From Truepera sp. (GTDB taxonomy: Bacteria > Deinococcota > Deinococci > Deinococcales > Trueperaceae), in the NCBI GenBank assembly GCA_965218435.1, contig CBDCKW010000005.1, positions 128,001 to 192,000 of the forward strand: a DNA stretch of 64,000 nucleotides, read 5' to 3'. Below the pieces are notes generated by a model. The model saw nothing but the letters and a program-made list of their open reading frames with translations. It was not told the origin of the DNA and did no database searches. Position numbers and translations under genes: made by a program. This document shows positions 30,654 to 39,888 of the stretch, piece by piece (the stretch's first letter is position 1; each line of letters starts with the position of its first letter).

Positions 30654-31020
30654 AGTGACGGACGCCTCGGCAGTCCTGGCACTTTTACAACGCGAACCGG
30701 GGGCGGAGAACGTGAGCCTTGACGGCGCAGTGATGAACAGCGTCAATTTTGCTGAAGTGGTGCAGAAGTCTGTGGCTAGGGAACGGCCGGTCGACACGCT
30801 CCTCCAGGAGTTGACGCTCTTAGGACTAAGCGTGACTCCTTTTACGCCGCAAGAGGCGCAACTAGCGGGGGAACTGTACCGACAGACGAAGACGCACGGG
30901 CTCTCGCTGGCCGACCGCGCCTGCCTCGCGACGGCCCGGCTTCTGGGTGCCGTCGCGGTCACGGCCGACCGGGGGTGGGGCGAGGTGCCTCACGGCGTCG
31001 AGGTGAGGAGCATCCGGTGA
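30640..31020 (+). CDS. vapC: VapC PIN-domain toxin
   Basis: DASAVLALL, VNFAEV, GLSLADRACLA, TADRGW. Confidence 0.88.
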   Translation: MSRREVTDASAVLALLQREPGAENVSLDGAVMNSVNFAEVVQKSVARERPVDTLLQELTLLGLSVTPFTPQEAQLAGELYRQTKTHGLSLADRACLATARLLGAVAVTADRGWGEVPHGVEVRSIR

Positions 31021-32834
31021 GCAACCTCGTCCGTGCCCCCTCGCTGAGTCTCTTAGAGCGCACCCGCGACCTCGCCACCCTCTCGGAGGACGAACTCAAA
31101 CGTCTGGCCGCCGAAGCCGCTCGTGACCGCGACGCCGAAGTTTTGTGGGCGCTCTTAGAGGCGCACCTGACGCTGCATGGTTCTTCGGGTTCACGGGTGT
31201 CGAGACACACGCTCGAGGCGTAACGCCGGGGTGCTCTATGTCCGGGAACTCGAGGGCCGTTTGAAACCTGCCTCGGTCGGCGTCAAGCTGGCGGCGGCCA
31301 AAGCGTTTTACGCTGCGCTCAGATGGTCGGGCGCAACCGATACGGCCCCCTTTGCCGACGTCCGGGCCGCCGTCGACAAAACTCCCTCCTGGGAGAAACG
31401 CGACGCCTACACCCGGACCGAGGTCCACTGGCTCGAGCGTACGAGCGAGAGTTATACCTTACCCTAATTGCCAGTAAGACTCAGTCGAGGTTGGAGAGAA
31501 CGAGCGCGAGTAAAGAGGCGTTGAGCTTGATAAAGAAGCCCTGATTGGTGCGAGCTCTGAGCCGTTGCGTGCCCATACTCTCTAGCTGGCTGTTGAGGGT
31601 TTCAATGCTTTTGCGGTAACGCTGAAGCGCGAAGAACTCAGCGAGTGTATTTTGCTCTTTCATATTCTTACGACGTGACGGCACAAGCTTAACCCCGGTG
31701 TCTGCAACACTGTTATAGGCTTTATCAGCGTAGACACGTGCGCCTTGGGGTAAGGCGTAGCACAGCTCATGAACTGGTGTGAGGTCGTATAGCAGGCCCA
31801 AGAGGGCCGGGGCACTGCCCCCTATGCTGATGACTCGCTTCTAAAAGAGCAAAGCTTACCGGGATACCTGCAGGCGTACAGACCAGATGCAGTCGCCAGC
31901 CGAAGAATTTCTCTTTTTTAGCAGCGCAGTAGCCGCAGAACGCCTTACCCCTGACTTTTTTGCAGCGTCTAGCGCGAACCCGCTTGCACACAGGCAAAGG
32001 CACGCTATCGATGATAAACACGTCGCCTTGTGTAAACAACACAGCAAGCAAACCAAGCAACCCTTCGAACCAAGCCGCTAGAGCATGGAGTCGTCGGTTA
32101 TAACGTGACACGCTTAAACGCGGCACATAACCTGAGCGGACCATGACGCACAGGGCGCGTTCCTGATGGTTCTGAAAATACTTCGCTGCCACCACCGCAA
32201 CGGTCAAAACTTCCGGATCGCTAACGGTGGCAAGCGGGTGACTGTAATGCCCGAGTTCTTCCAAGGTCTCCGCAATAACGCTATATGCAGCTATGATAAA
32301 GCTGTCGTCCATGTGCCGTGCCTCCTCAAACTCATGTCCTCAAACATCAGTTTAGGAGTCACCCACATGGATGGCAACTGGTAATTACGGTATACCTTAT
32401 ATATGGTGCTTTTGGGCGCACACGCTGGCCTGAGGGTTAGTGAGATGACCGCGCTGAAGTGGGAGGACATCGACCTCAGCAGTGGAACGCTCAAGGTCGT
32501 GGCGGGTAAGGGGGGTAAGACCGCGCGGGTCAACCTCTCCTCCACCCTGGTCGAGGCGCTCGAGCACGTCCCACTAGAAAAGCGCAAAGGCTATCTCCTG
32601 CCTGCACGCTCGCGGATTGCCGTGTACAAAAGGCTCGAGGCAGCGTGCCGGGTCGCCAAGGTCAAGTTCAAAGGGGTTCATGCCTTAAGACATGCTGCGG
32701 GAACAAGACTCAGAGATGAGACCGGAGATTTGGCGTTGGTTGCCGACCACTTACGGCACTCATCGCTCGATACCGCGCGCGGCTACGCCAAAGCCAGCAA
32801 CCAGCAGCTTAAAAAGGCGGTCGGGGACTGGTAA
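31017..32834 (+). pseudogene. Second tyrosine recombinase, interrupted by a stop, a deletion and IS982
   Basis: N-part homologous to 24086-25477 (LTLHG, KLAAA, ALRW, WEKR.AY); C-part 32403-32834 has GLRVSE, GKGGK, HALRH, HLRH, RGYA. Confidence 0.88.
31461..32391 (-). mobile_element. IS982-family insertion sequence (transposase disrupted)
   Basis: Inverted repeats ACCCTAATTGCCAGT / ACTGGTAATTACGGT; 7-bp target duplication ATACCTT; IIDS.P, FFGWRLH, ADKAY, RKSIET motifs. Confidence 0.9.
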
Positions 32835-32987
32835 CACGCACGACTACAGGCAGTCGTGCGCAAATAGCAGTATTGGTTCAGAAGTCTAGAGACAGCGGGT
32901 GTAAAGCGCAGCGACTTTCCTAAAGAGTCACGCCTGGACAACTTTTTTTCTAAGCGAGCGGGAAACCTCAATTCCGACTGAATGACT

Positions 32988-33021
32988 GTTGTGCGTTTCT
33001 CGCGCTCATTAAACGCATAAC
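32988..33021 (+). repeat. Junction motif copy 1
   Basis: GTTGTGCG-TTTCTC-GCGCTCA-TTAAA-CGCATAAC. Confidence 0.75.
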
Positions 33022-33126
33022 GCAGCTTTGACCACTGCCATGATCCGGGCACGGGTCCGCGCCCGGGCGATTGCCACGTTCCTTGCAACCACCTCGGGAA
33101 GCGTCTCCAAAGTGGGCAGTAGAAAG

Positions 33127-33786
33127 TCACCGGGGTTGGGACACGATCGACCGAAAGCGCCGGTCATCGCTCTGCATCCTCGGATCGAGGGTAGGGTCGG
33201 CATACATGGGAGGGCAGCCGTGATCGATGGCGTCGGAGCGCAGTTCGTAGTGCCAGGGTTCGTTGCTGTAGATCTGGCACAGTCCGTATTTGGCACCGTG
33301 TTCGGACAGCCACGCCGTGGCGTCGAAGTGCCCGATGTCGATTGCGTCCCCGGACACGTGAGCCGACGTACCTGCGGTGGCGACCCATCGGGCAGCTTTC
33401 TCTTCAGAGCCGTACTCGGAGACCGCCTCACGAAGAAGCTGATTCTGGTACTCCGGGGAACGCCAGCCGCTGTTGACGTAGAACGTGACGTCGGCGTCAG
33501 CGGCATCCGTCGCCGCTTCACGCAGCGCCCGGCGCAGATCGGGGTTGAGGTTGGCAACGCCGGGATACTCGTCATCAAATACGGTTACGCCGTCAGGGAC
33601 GGCACCGTCAGCCTCGGTAGGCGTGCCACCGTCGTCGCCGCGAAGGACGTCGCCGACCGAGGACGCCGATGACGATGACTGATAGACGAGGGTTCCGATG
33701 ATCGCAGCGGTGACGACGACTAGGCCGACGGCGGTGGGCTTGAGAGTCTTGCGGGACCTTGTTCGTGCTGGTTCGTTGTAGGGCAT
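33127..33786 (-). CDS. vanY: D,D-carboxypeptidase (M15B), VanY-like
   Basis: N-terminal TM; SGWRS, SAHVSGDAID, EPWH motifs. Confidence 0.85.
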   Translation of the reverse strand: MPYNEPARTRSRKTLKPTAVGLVVVTAAIIGTLVYQSSSSASSVGDVLRGDDGGTPTEADGAVPDGVTVFDDEYPGVANLNPDLRRALREAATDAADADVTFYVNSGWRSPEYQNQLLREAVSEYGSEEKAARWVATAGTSAHVSGDAIDIGHFDATAWLSEHGAKYGLCQIYSNEPWHYELRSDAIDHGCPPMYADPTLDPRMQSDDRRFRSIVSQPR

Positions 33787-33873
33787 GCCTCCAGTTAAGG
33801 TAGTGTGGTGTTATCAACGCGTATGTGGTTTTCGGTATGCCGACGATATGCGCCAACTTATAGAATTGAGAGC

Positions 33874-34566
33874 ATGCGCGTGTTGGTTGTTGAGGACGAG
33901 CCCTACATGGCGGAGGCCATCCGCGACGGTCTACGCCTGGAAGCGATCGCGACCGACATCGCCGGTAATGGCGACGTCGCTTTGGAGTTGCTTAGCATCA
34001 ACACCTACGACATTGCCGTCCTCGACCGCGATATCCCTGGCCCCTCCGGCGACGAGATCGCCAAACGCATCGTCGCCTCCGGCGGCATGCCGATCCTGAT
34101 GCTCACTGCTGCGGACCGGCTCGACGATAAAGCCTCCGGGTTCGAGCTAGGAGCTGACGACTACCTCACGAAGCCGTTCGAACTGCGAGAGCTCGTGCTC
34201 AGGCTCAGAGCACTCGACCGCAGGCGGGCGCACAGCAGGCCACCCGTGTGGGAAATCGCAGGTCTGCGGCTCGATCCGTTCCGCAGAGAGGTCTACCGCG
34301 ACGGCCGCTACGTCGCGCTGACCCGGAAGCAGTTCGCCGTGCTCGAGGTCCTCGTTACCGCCGAAGGCGGTGTCATCAGCGCCGAAGAGCTCTTGGAACG
34401 GGCATGGGACGAGAACGCCGACCCGTTCACCAACGCCGTGCGCATCACGGTCTCAGCCCTACGCAAACGACTCGGCGAACCCTGGCTGATCGCCACGGTG
34501 CCCGGCGTCGGCTACCACATTGACACCGGACCAGACACCGGCAGCAGGGGCGGCAACGATGGCTAG
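33874..34566 (+). CDS. vanR: Response regulator VanR (OmpR family, actinobacterial type)
   Basis: MRVLVVEDE, LDRDIPGPSGD, DYLTKPF, AWDENADPFTNAVRITVS; TAGAAT 7 nt upstream suggests a leaderless transcript. Confidence 0.9.
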   Translation: MRVLVVEDEPYMAEAIRDGLRLEAIATDIAGNGDVALELLSINTYDIAVLDRDIPGPSGDEIAKRIVASGGMPILMLTAADRLDDKASGFELGADDYLTKPFELRELVLRLRALDRRRAHSRPPVWEIAGLRLDPFRREVYRDGRYVALTRKQFAVLEVLVTAEGGVISAEELLERAWDENADPFTNAVRITVSALRKRLGEPWLIATVPGVGYHIDTGPDTGSRGGNDG

Positions 34567-35701
34567 AGCGCCTGGGTTGAGCGTTCGCCTCAAACTCACC
34601 CTCAGCTACGCCGGGTTCCTGATGCTCGCGGGTGCCTTGCTACTCGCGGTCGTGTGGGTGTTCCTTCTGCGTTACGTACCCAACGATGCGATCGTCTTCC
34701 CCGGTCGCCAGCTGTCCGAAAATGCGATCAGAACCCCTGGTTTCTCCCCTAGTCTCTTCTTTCCCGGTCGGTCCGATCTCATACGGGCGTTTGCTCCGAA
34801 AGCAGCCGCCGTGCTGACGTTCCTGCTGGTGTTTGGTCTCGTGGGAGGATGGGTCCTCGCCGACCGCATGCTCGCCCCGCTGGCTCGCCTTACCGACGCT
34901 ACGCGCCTGGCAGAGAGCGGATCGCTCTCCCACCGGATCCGGCTACCGGGCCGCAACGATGAGTTCCGCGAGCTCGCCGACGCCTTCGACGCCATGCTCG
35001 CACGGCTCGAGGCGCACGACGCCGAACAGCGGAGGTTCGCCGCCAACGCCTCTCACGAACTGCGCACCCCACTGGCGATCACGCAGACTCTTCTCGAGGT
35101 CGCTCGCAACGATCCCAACCACCACACCAGCGAACTTGTCGAACGCCTCCTCGCTGTCAACGCCCGAGCGATCGACCTCACCGAAGCATTGCTCCTGCTC
35201 AGCCGCTCAGACCAGCGGTCGTTCACCCGCGAGCACGTCGATCTCTCCCTCCTCGCGGAAGAAGCCACCGAAACACTCCTCCCCCTCGCGGAAAAGCGTG
35301 GCGTCACCATTCAGACCTCCGGGGAGATCAGTGCCACGAGCGGTTCACATGCTCTCTTGCTGCAGATGACCACAAACTTGCTGCACAACGCCATCGTCCA
35401 CAATCTCCCCGAACATGGCACCGTGCAGGTCACCACCGCCAGCCGCCTCGAGTCCGTCACGCTTACTGTCGAAAATACTGGCGACAAGCTCACACCACAG
35501 CTGGTCTCGATACTCACCGAACCGTTCCAGCGCGGTACCGAACGCATCCGCAGCGATCATGCGGGTGTCGGCCTGGGCCTGGCAATCGTCAAGAGCATCA
35601 CCCAAGCACACGACGGCACCCTTACCTTTGCCCCCCGTCCCGCTGGCGGACTTCGCGTCACGGTGCAGCTACCCGGCGCGCTACCGCACACCAACAGCTG
35701 A
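34559..35701 (+). CDS. vanS: Sensor histidine kinase VanS (actinobacterial type)
   Basis: GLSVRLKLTLSYAGFL, HAMP, ANASHELRTPL, NAIVHN, GVGLGL. Confidence 0.9.
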   Translation: MARAPGLSVRLKLTLSYAGFLMLAGALLLAVVWVFLLRYVPNDAIVFPGRQLSENAIRTPGFSPSLFFPGRSDLIRAFAPKAAAVLTFLLVFGLVGGWVLADRMLAPLARLTDATRLAESGSLSHRIRLPGRNDEFRELADAFDAMLARLEAHDAEQRRFAANASHELRTPLAITQTLLEVARNDPNHHTSELVERLLAVNARAIDLTEALLLLSRSDQRSFTREHVDLSLLAEEATETLLPLAEKRGVTIQTSGEISATSGSHALLLQMTTNLLHNAIVHNLPEHGTVQVTTASRLESVTLTVENTGDKLTPQLVSILTEPFQRGTERIRSDHAGVGLGLAIVKSITQAHDGTLTFAPRPAGGLRVTVQLPGALPHTNS

Positions 35702-35845
35702 CATGTAGGAGAATAGCCGCACGCCACGAGAGGAATGGCCAGGGCTAGGGGATAAGGCCGGCAGGCGCGTAAGCGTCACGGCTTGCTGATTCGCCAGGTC
35801 GTTCGACAAGGACGCTGGCGGCACTTTCCCGTTTACCTTGCTCAA

Positions 35846-36454
35846 CTATAGGATGGGAAAATCAAAGTACGTGTTTGGATAAGGTTCATCTTTCAGGGTG
35901 TAATGCCACCACTCAAAAGCGTACGACTTAAAGCCGCACCCCTCCATAATCGAACAAAGGTGGCGACGATTTTTCGCTTCAGCATGCGTGACGCCTTTTG
36001 CGCCATGATGCGAAACTAAATCCATCAGATCATAGTTACCGCCCATTAAAACAAGGTCACCGATATCTAGATGATAAAGCGTCAAATCGACTGTACTGCC
36101 CCGACTATGGCCCGATTTAGCGGCTACATATCCCTTTTCAAACATCGCGGCTCGATCAATATTCGGATAGTGCCTTCGTTTCGTCCGGCCATCCTCCGGC
36201 TGTTTCGACCAGCGCATAAAACAATCGACGGCGCGTTGAGGGCGATAACCATCCCAAAGGAGCAAGCCAAAACCAAGGGCCGCGGCATCGTCTCGAGCTC
36301 TTTCCAGGGCAGCGCACAACGCCCTCGTACCGACAATTCGGTTTACCAGATATCCGTCCACCGGTTTGCCGGTGAAGTTGTCCCAGGTGGCGTACTTGGC
36401 ATCCCAACGGATGCCGGACACCAGCTCGTCCACGAACACGAAGTCGTCGTTCAT
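35846..36454 (-). CDS. vanX: D-Ala-D-Ala dipeptidase
   Basis: WDAKYATWDNFTGKPVDGY, WDGYRP, SGHSRGSTVD, EWWHY; 202 aa. Confidence 0.97.
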   Translation of the reverse strand: MNDDFVFVDELVSGIRWDAKYATWDNFTGKPVDGYLVNRIVGTRALCAALERARDDAAALGFGLLLWDGYRPQRAVDCFMRWSKQPEDGRTKRRHYPNIDRAAMFEKGYVAAKSGHSRGSTVDLTLYHLDIGDLVLMGGNYDLMDLVSHHGAKGVTHAEAKNRRHLCSIMEGCGFKSYAFEWWHYTLKDEPYPNTYFDFPIL

Positions 36455-37491
36455 TGCTTTACCCCGTGCAGTGTCATCGACACGAGTTGATCGATCACGT
36501 CAGACAGCGGCAGTCCTGCGGCGGCCATCATCCTGGGATAGCGGCTGTACGATGTCATGCCCGGCAAGGTGTTGACCTCATTGAGTACCACCTGCCCGTC
36601 TTCCTTGAGAAACATGTCCACGCGGGCAAGTCCTTGGCAGCCTAGGGTATGGTAGATGGCCTTAGCGGTCTCTTGGACGAGCCGGCGCGATTCTTCGGAG
36701 ATGTCGGCAGGAACGATGAATGTCGAATTCTCCGAGCCGGTCTCGGGTGAGTTCTCCTGGTGGATCCTGAAAAATCCGTGCGAGAGAGCGACGCGGTCCA
36801 CCTCGCCCGCAACCAAGTTAAATCGCTCCCCTAGGATCGCGCAGCCGATCTCGCTTCCGAAAACAGCCTCCTCGATAAGGACTTTCGAGTCGTACTGTCG
36901 TGCGTTTTCCAGCGCGCTCTGCAACTTATCTTTTCCGGTGACTTTGCTGACGCCGAAAGATGATCCCGAACGGGCCGGCTTCACGAAAATGGGGTAAGGA
37001 AGCTGGTCGGGGTTAACCGTTTCGTTCCCTAAGACGACCCAAAAGTTCGGCGTGGCGATTCCCGCACTTCTAGCGACGATGTAGGCTAGGGTCTTGTCTA
37101 TGCACAGGGCCGAGCTCTGGACGTCGCAGCCGACATAAGGGATACCCGAGAGCTCTAGCAGACCCTGGATTGCACCGTCCTCGCCAAGCTTGCCATGGAG
37201 TACGGGGAAAACCAGGTCGAGGCGGACTGTTTCGTACTCTCCCTGCTCCAGAACCAGCAGGCCGTGCACGCGCCTGTCCGGTGACACTACAGCCGTCCGG
37301 TAGCAGCCGCTCTCCCAACCCGCGTCGGGGCCATCACAGAGATTCCACGCACCGCCCGCCGTAATACCGATCCAGTACGGTTCGTACTTCTCAGTGTCGA
37401 GGTTCTTCGCGACCTCTTGTGCAGACTTGACGGAGACGGGATGTTCTTCGGATGTTCCCCCGAATATGATTCCGATCTTCAACCTATCCAT
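36451..37491 (-). CDS. vanA: D-Ala-D-lactate ligase (VanA/VanO-like)
   Basis: EEHPVSVKSA, LHGKLGEDG, KPARSGSSFG, omega-loop GFFRIHQE, SYSRYPRMM. Confidence 0.93.
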   Translation of the reverse strand: MDRLKIGIIFGGTSEEHPVSVKSAQEVAKNLDTEKYEPYWIGITAGGAWNLCDGPDAGWESGCYRTAVVSPDRRVHGLLVLEQGEYETVRLDLVFPVLHGKLGEDGAIQGLLELSGIPYVGCDVQSSALCIDKTLAYIVARSAGIATPNFWVVLGNETVNPDQLPYPIFVKPARSGSSFGVSKVTGKDKLQSALENARQYDSKVLIEEAVFGSEIGCAILGERFNLVAGEVDRVALSHGFFRIHQENSPETGSENSTFIVPADISEESRRLVQETAKAIYHTLGCQGLARVDMFLKEDGQVVLNEVNTLPGMTSYSRYPRMMAAAGLPLSDVIDQLVSMTLHGVKQ

Positions 37492-38515
37492 GCCGCTTCC
37501 TGCTTTCAAAGTTCAAGCAGTTGATAAGACTGTTTTCAACGGAGTCGTTCAGGGCGTGATCGGTGTAATAAGCGGTGTGCGGAGTTATAAGCACATTCGG
37601 CAGGCTTTGTAGTCGCAACATCACCTTGTTTTCGATGGGCTTGTCTCGGCAATCGGCGTAGAAGATTCCTTCCTCTCCTTCAAGGACATCCAATGCCGCA
37701 CCGCCCAACCTGCCGCTTTCCAACGCTGGAATAAGGGCCTCGGTATCAAGAAGTGAACCGCGTCCAGTATTAATAATGAATGCACCAGCTTTCATCTGCG
37801 CGATACGTTGGCGATTTAGGAGATGGTGCGTGGCCACGGTAAGAGGGGTGTGGAGCGTGACAATATCGCTCTGCCATAGCAGTTCTTTAAGCGGAACGTA
37901 ATCGGCAGAGGTCTTAGGACGATGGTCATGAGCTAAGATTTGGCAGCCAAAGCCCCGCAGTCTATTTATGACCGCTGCGCCAATGCTTCCTGTTCCAATG
38001 ACCCCAATAGTCAGATCGCGCAATTCTTTCCCGCGTACGTCATTCAATCTGTAATCATGGATATCTGTACGGCAGATAGTGGATTTTGCCTGTCGCACCA
38101 CCATCAGCATCAGCATTAAGGTGTAATCAGCCACGCTATCGGGCGAACAGGCGACATTCTCAACGGATATGCCGACGCTCTCCGCGTATTTCACATCGAT
38201 ATGGTTATATCCAACGCTTCTCGTGGAGATATACATTACACCGGCTCGGCTAAGCGCAAGAAGCGTGGAATTTGTGATTTGGGTTTTATGACTGACGCTG
38301 ATGCATCGGTTTCCAAATGCCAGTTCAATGGTGGCTTCAGATACTGCTGCCTCGGTGATGGTTAGCAGTACGCCAAAGCGAGGTGCTATCTCTCGAAGCA
38401 AGGTGGCCTCGTCTGGCCCGCATCCGTAGATTGTGATTCCCATTCTTGGGACGGCCGCAGCCACCAGCGATTGGGTGCAGCGGGCCGCTGTTTGGACTGG
38501 TTCGCTGTGGGTCAT
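37484..38515 (-). CDS. vanH: D-lactate dehydrogenase
   Basis: ITIYGCGPDEA, STRSVGYNHID, SPDSVADYT, NTGRG, PHTAYYTDHAL. Confidence 0.95.
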   Translation of the reverse strand: MTHSEPVQTAARCTQSLVAAAVPRMGITIYGCGPDEATLLREIAPRFGVLLTITEAAVSEATIELAFGNRCISVSHKTQITNSTLLALSRAGVMYISTRSVGYNHIDVKYAESVGISVENVACSPDSVADYTLMLMLMVVRQAKSTICRTDIHDYRLNDVRGKELRDLTIGVIGTGSIGAAVINRLRGFGCQILAHDHRPKTSADYVPLKELLWQSDIVTLHTPLTVATHHLLNRQRIAQMKAGAFIINTGRGSLLDTEALIPALESGRLGGAALDVLEGEEGIFYADCRDKPIENKVMLRLQSLPNVLITPHTAYYTDHALNDSVENSLINCLNFESRKRHG

Positions 38516-38756
38516 GCCCCCAGTTAAGGCAGTTTGGTGTTGCCAGCACGTATCTGGTTTTTGATATGCCGACGATAGGTTATCGGCCGGTAATATGCGA
38601 GAGCATGCGTGTGCGCCAGCCCCCCGCCCGTCCAGCGCCCTTGTAGTCGGCGATCAACGCCGCAACCTCAGCGGGGGACAGGCACCGTTGGATGCAGCGC
38701 AGCTCGCAGATGTTGGGGTTGTGTCAATTTGTTTAAAACGAAGTGACATGGCACCA

Positions 38757-39030
38757 GGCATTGCCACGTTAAGTTTGTCTACCGCCCAGGTTCATGCTAG
38801 GGTTGGCGACTCGTGCGTACCGACCTCTACAAAGTCACCGCTTCCCGACCCAGATCATCAGCCGTCGCATGTGGCTTTATCATCGCTTCGACATGTCGTT
38901 TCGGGCGGTAGAAGAGCTGCTGTTCGAACGGGGTATCGTGCTGAGCTACGAGACCGTGAGGCGCTAGTGCCTCGAGTTCGGCGAGTACGACCGTCGCTTA
39001 AAGCGTCGCAGGGCACAAGCGGCCTTCCGG
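38757..39030 (+). mobile_element. IS6-family remnant
   Basis: Terminal-repeat-like GGCATTGCCACGTTAAGTT, then HRFPTQIIS..WLYHRF..EELLFERGIVLSYETVRR*C; end approximate. Confidence 0.75.
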
Positions 39031-39126
39031 CCCGTTCGCAGCACAAGGGACATGTTCTATGGTCCTGGCGGTCTTTACGCGAGATGACCATCTTTGGCGC
39101 TATACTGTGAAGTGTCAGGAGCACCT

Positions 39127-39393
39127 ATGGACGCAAGCCTTGCCAATCTGCCTAAGCTCACCGGACTTCCCCCAAGTTTTCCTCAGAACGGTGCGATCAA
39201 CATCGTTCTCGAGCAAGGTGTGCCTACCTTTCGGGCCTCGCCCGCGGTTGTCAGCCGCGTCGAGCAGCTTCTTGAAAAGGAGCAGGAGGGCGGGTTGAGC
39301 AGGGCGAAAGCGGATGAACTTTCTCGTTACGAAGAGGTGGACGACTACCTCAGCCACCTGAACCGGGTTGTCCGGAACTTGCAGAGCGCTTAA
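39127..39393 (+). CDS. Small hypothetical protein (putative antitoxin partner of the HNH gene)
   Basis: FRASPAVVSRVEQLLEKE..GLS..ADEL..Y...DDYLS pattern, directly upstream of an HNH gene. Confidence 0.65.
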   Translation: MDASLANLPKLTGLPPSFPQNGAINIVLEQGVPTFRASPAVVSRVEQLLEKEQEGGLSRAKADELSRYEEVDDYLSHLNRVVRNLQSA

Positions 39394-39399
39394 GGCGGG

Positions 39400-39852
39400 G
39401 TGGCGCGCCCCAAAGTACCTGATGTTTCAAAGGCCGAGGTCAGGACACGAGCAGCGTCTCTGTATGAATACTGCCACACGGACGAAACCCGGCAGTATGT
39501 GCCCTTTACCTTCGATCACGTCGTGCCTGTAAGTCTGGGTGGTAACACCACAGAGGAAAATCTGGCCCTTGCTTGCTTTCATTGCAATCGCCGTAAGGGC
39601 AATGCTGTACGCGCCGCTGATCCCACCACTGGGCAGGACGTACCGCTCTTCAACCCTAGAATGGACGTCTGGCAAGAACACTTTGTCTGGTCGGCCGACG
39701 GGCAGGAGATCGTTGCGCTGACCGTTACAGGGTGAGCGACTCTTCATGCTCTTGATCTCAACCGCGAGCGCGTCAAACGCATCCGCGAAGCTGACATAGC
39801 GGTCGGGCGGCACCCGCCCGTCGGCGATCCGGTTCGGACAGACGAAGGCTGA
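39400..39852 (+). pseudogene. HNH endonuclease with an in-frame TGA
   Basis: YEYCH, DHVVP, NLALACFHCNRRK, LFNPR..WQEHF; TGA at 39733 then ATLHALDLN. Confidence 0.8.
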
Positions 39853-39863
39853 CTTTCTGCATT

Positions 39864-39888
39864 TGAACGCGCTCATTAAACGCACAAC
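39864..39888 (+). repeat. Junction motif copy 2
   Basis: TGAAC-GCGCTCA-TTAAA-CGCACAAC; 12 bp after the HNH stop and supplies the SDR stop codon. Confidence 0.75.

Noticed and set aside
33070..33080. ATTGCCACGTT shared with the IS6 terminal repeat at 38760, suggesting a composite transposon around van
   Set aside because: Only 11 bp match and no IS6 coding sequence follows.
33028..33672. Long antisense and alternative-frame ORFs over vanY (similarly 51593-52438 and 54920-55504)
   Set aside because: Shadow ORFs of GC-rich genes with no recognisable motifs.
17463..39735. Stop-codon reassignment or readthrough to explain in-frame stops
   Set aside because: TAG, TGA and TAA all occur as internal stops alongside frameshifts, and intact genes end with all three; decay is simpler.
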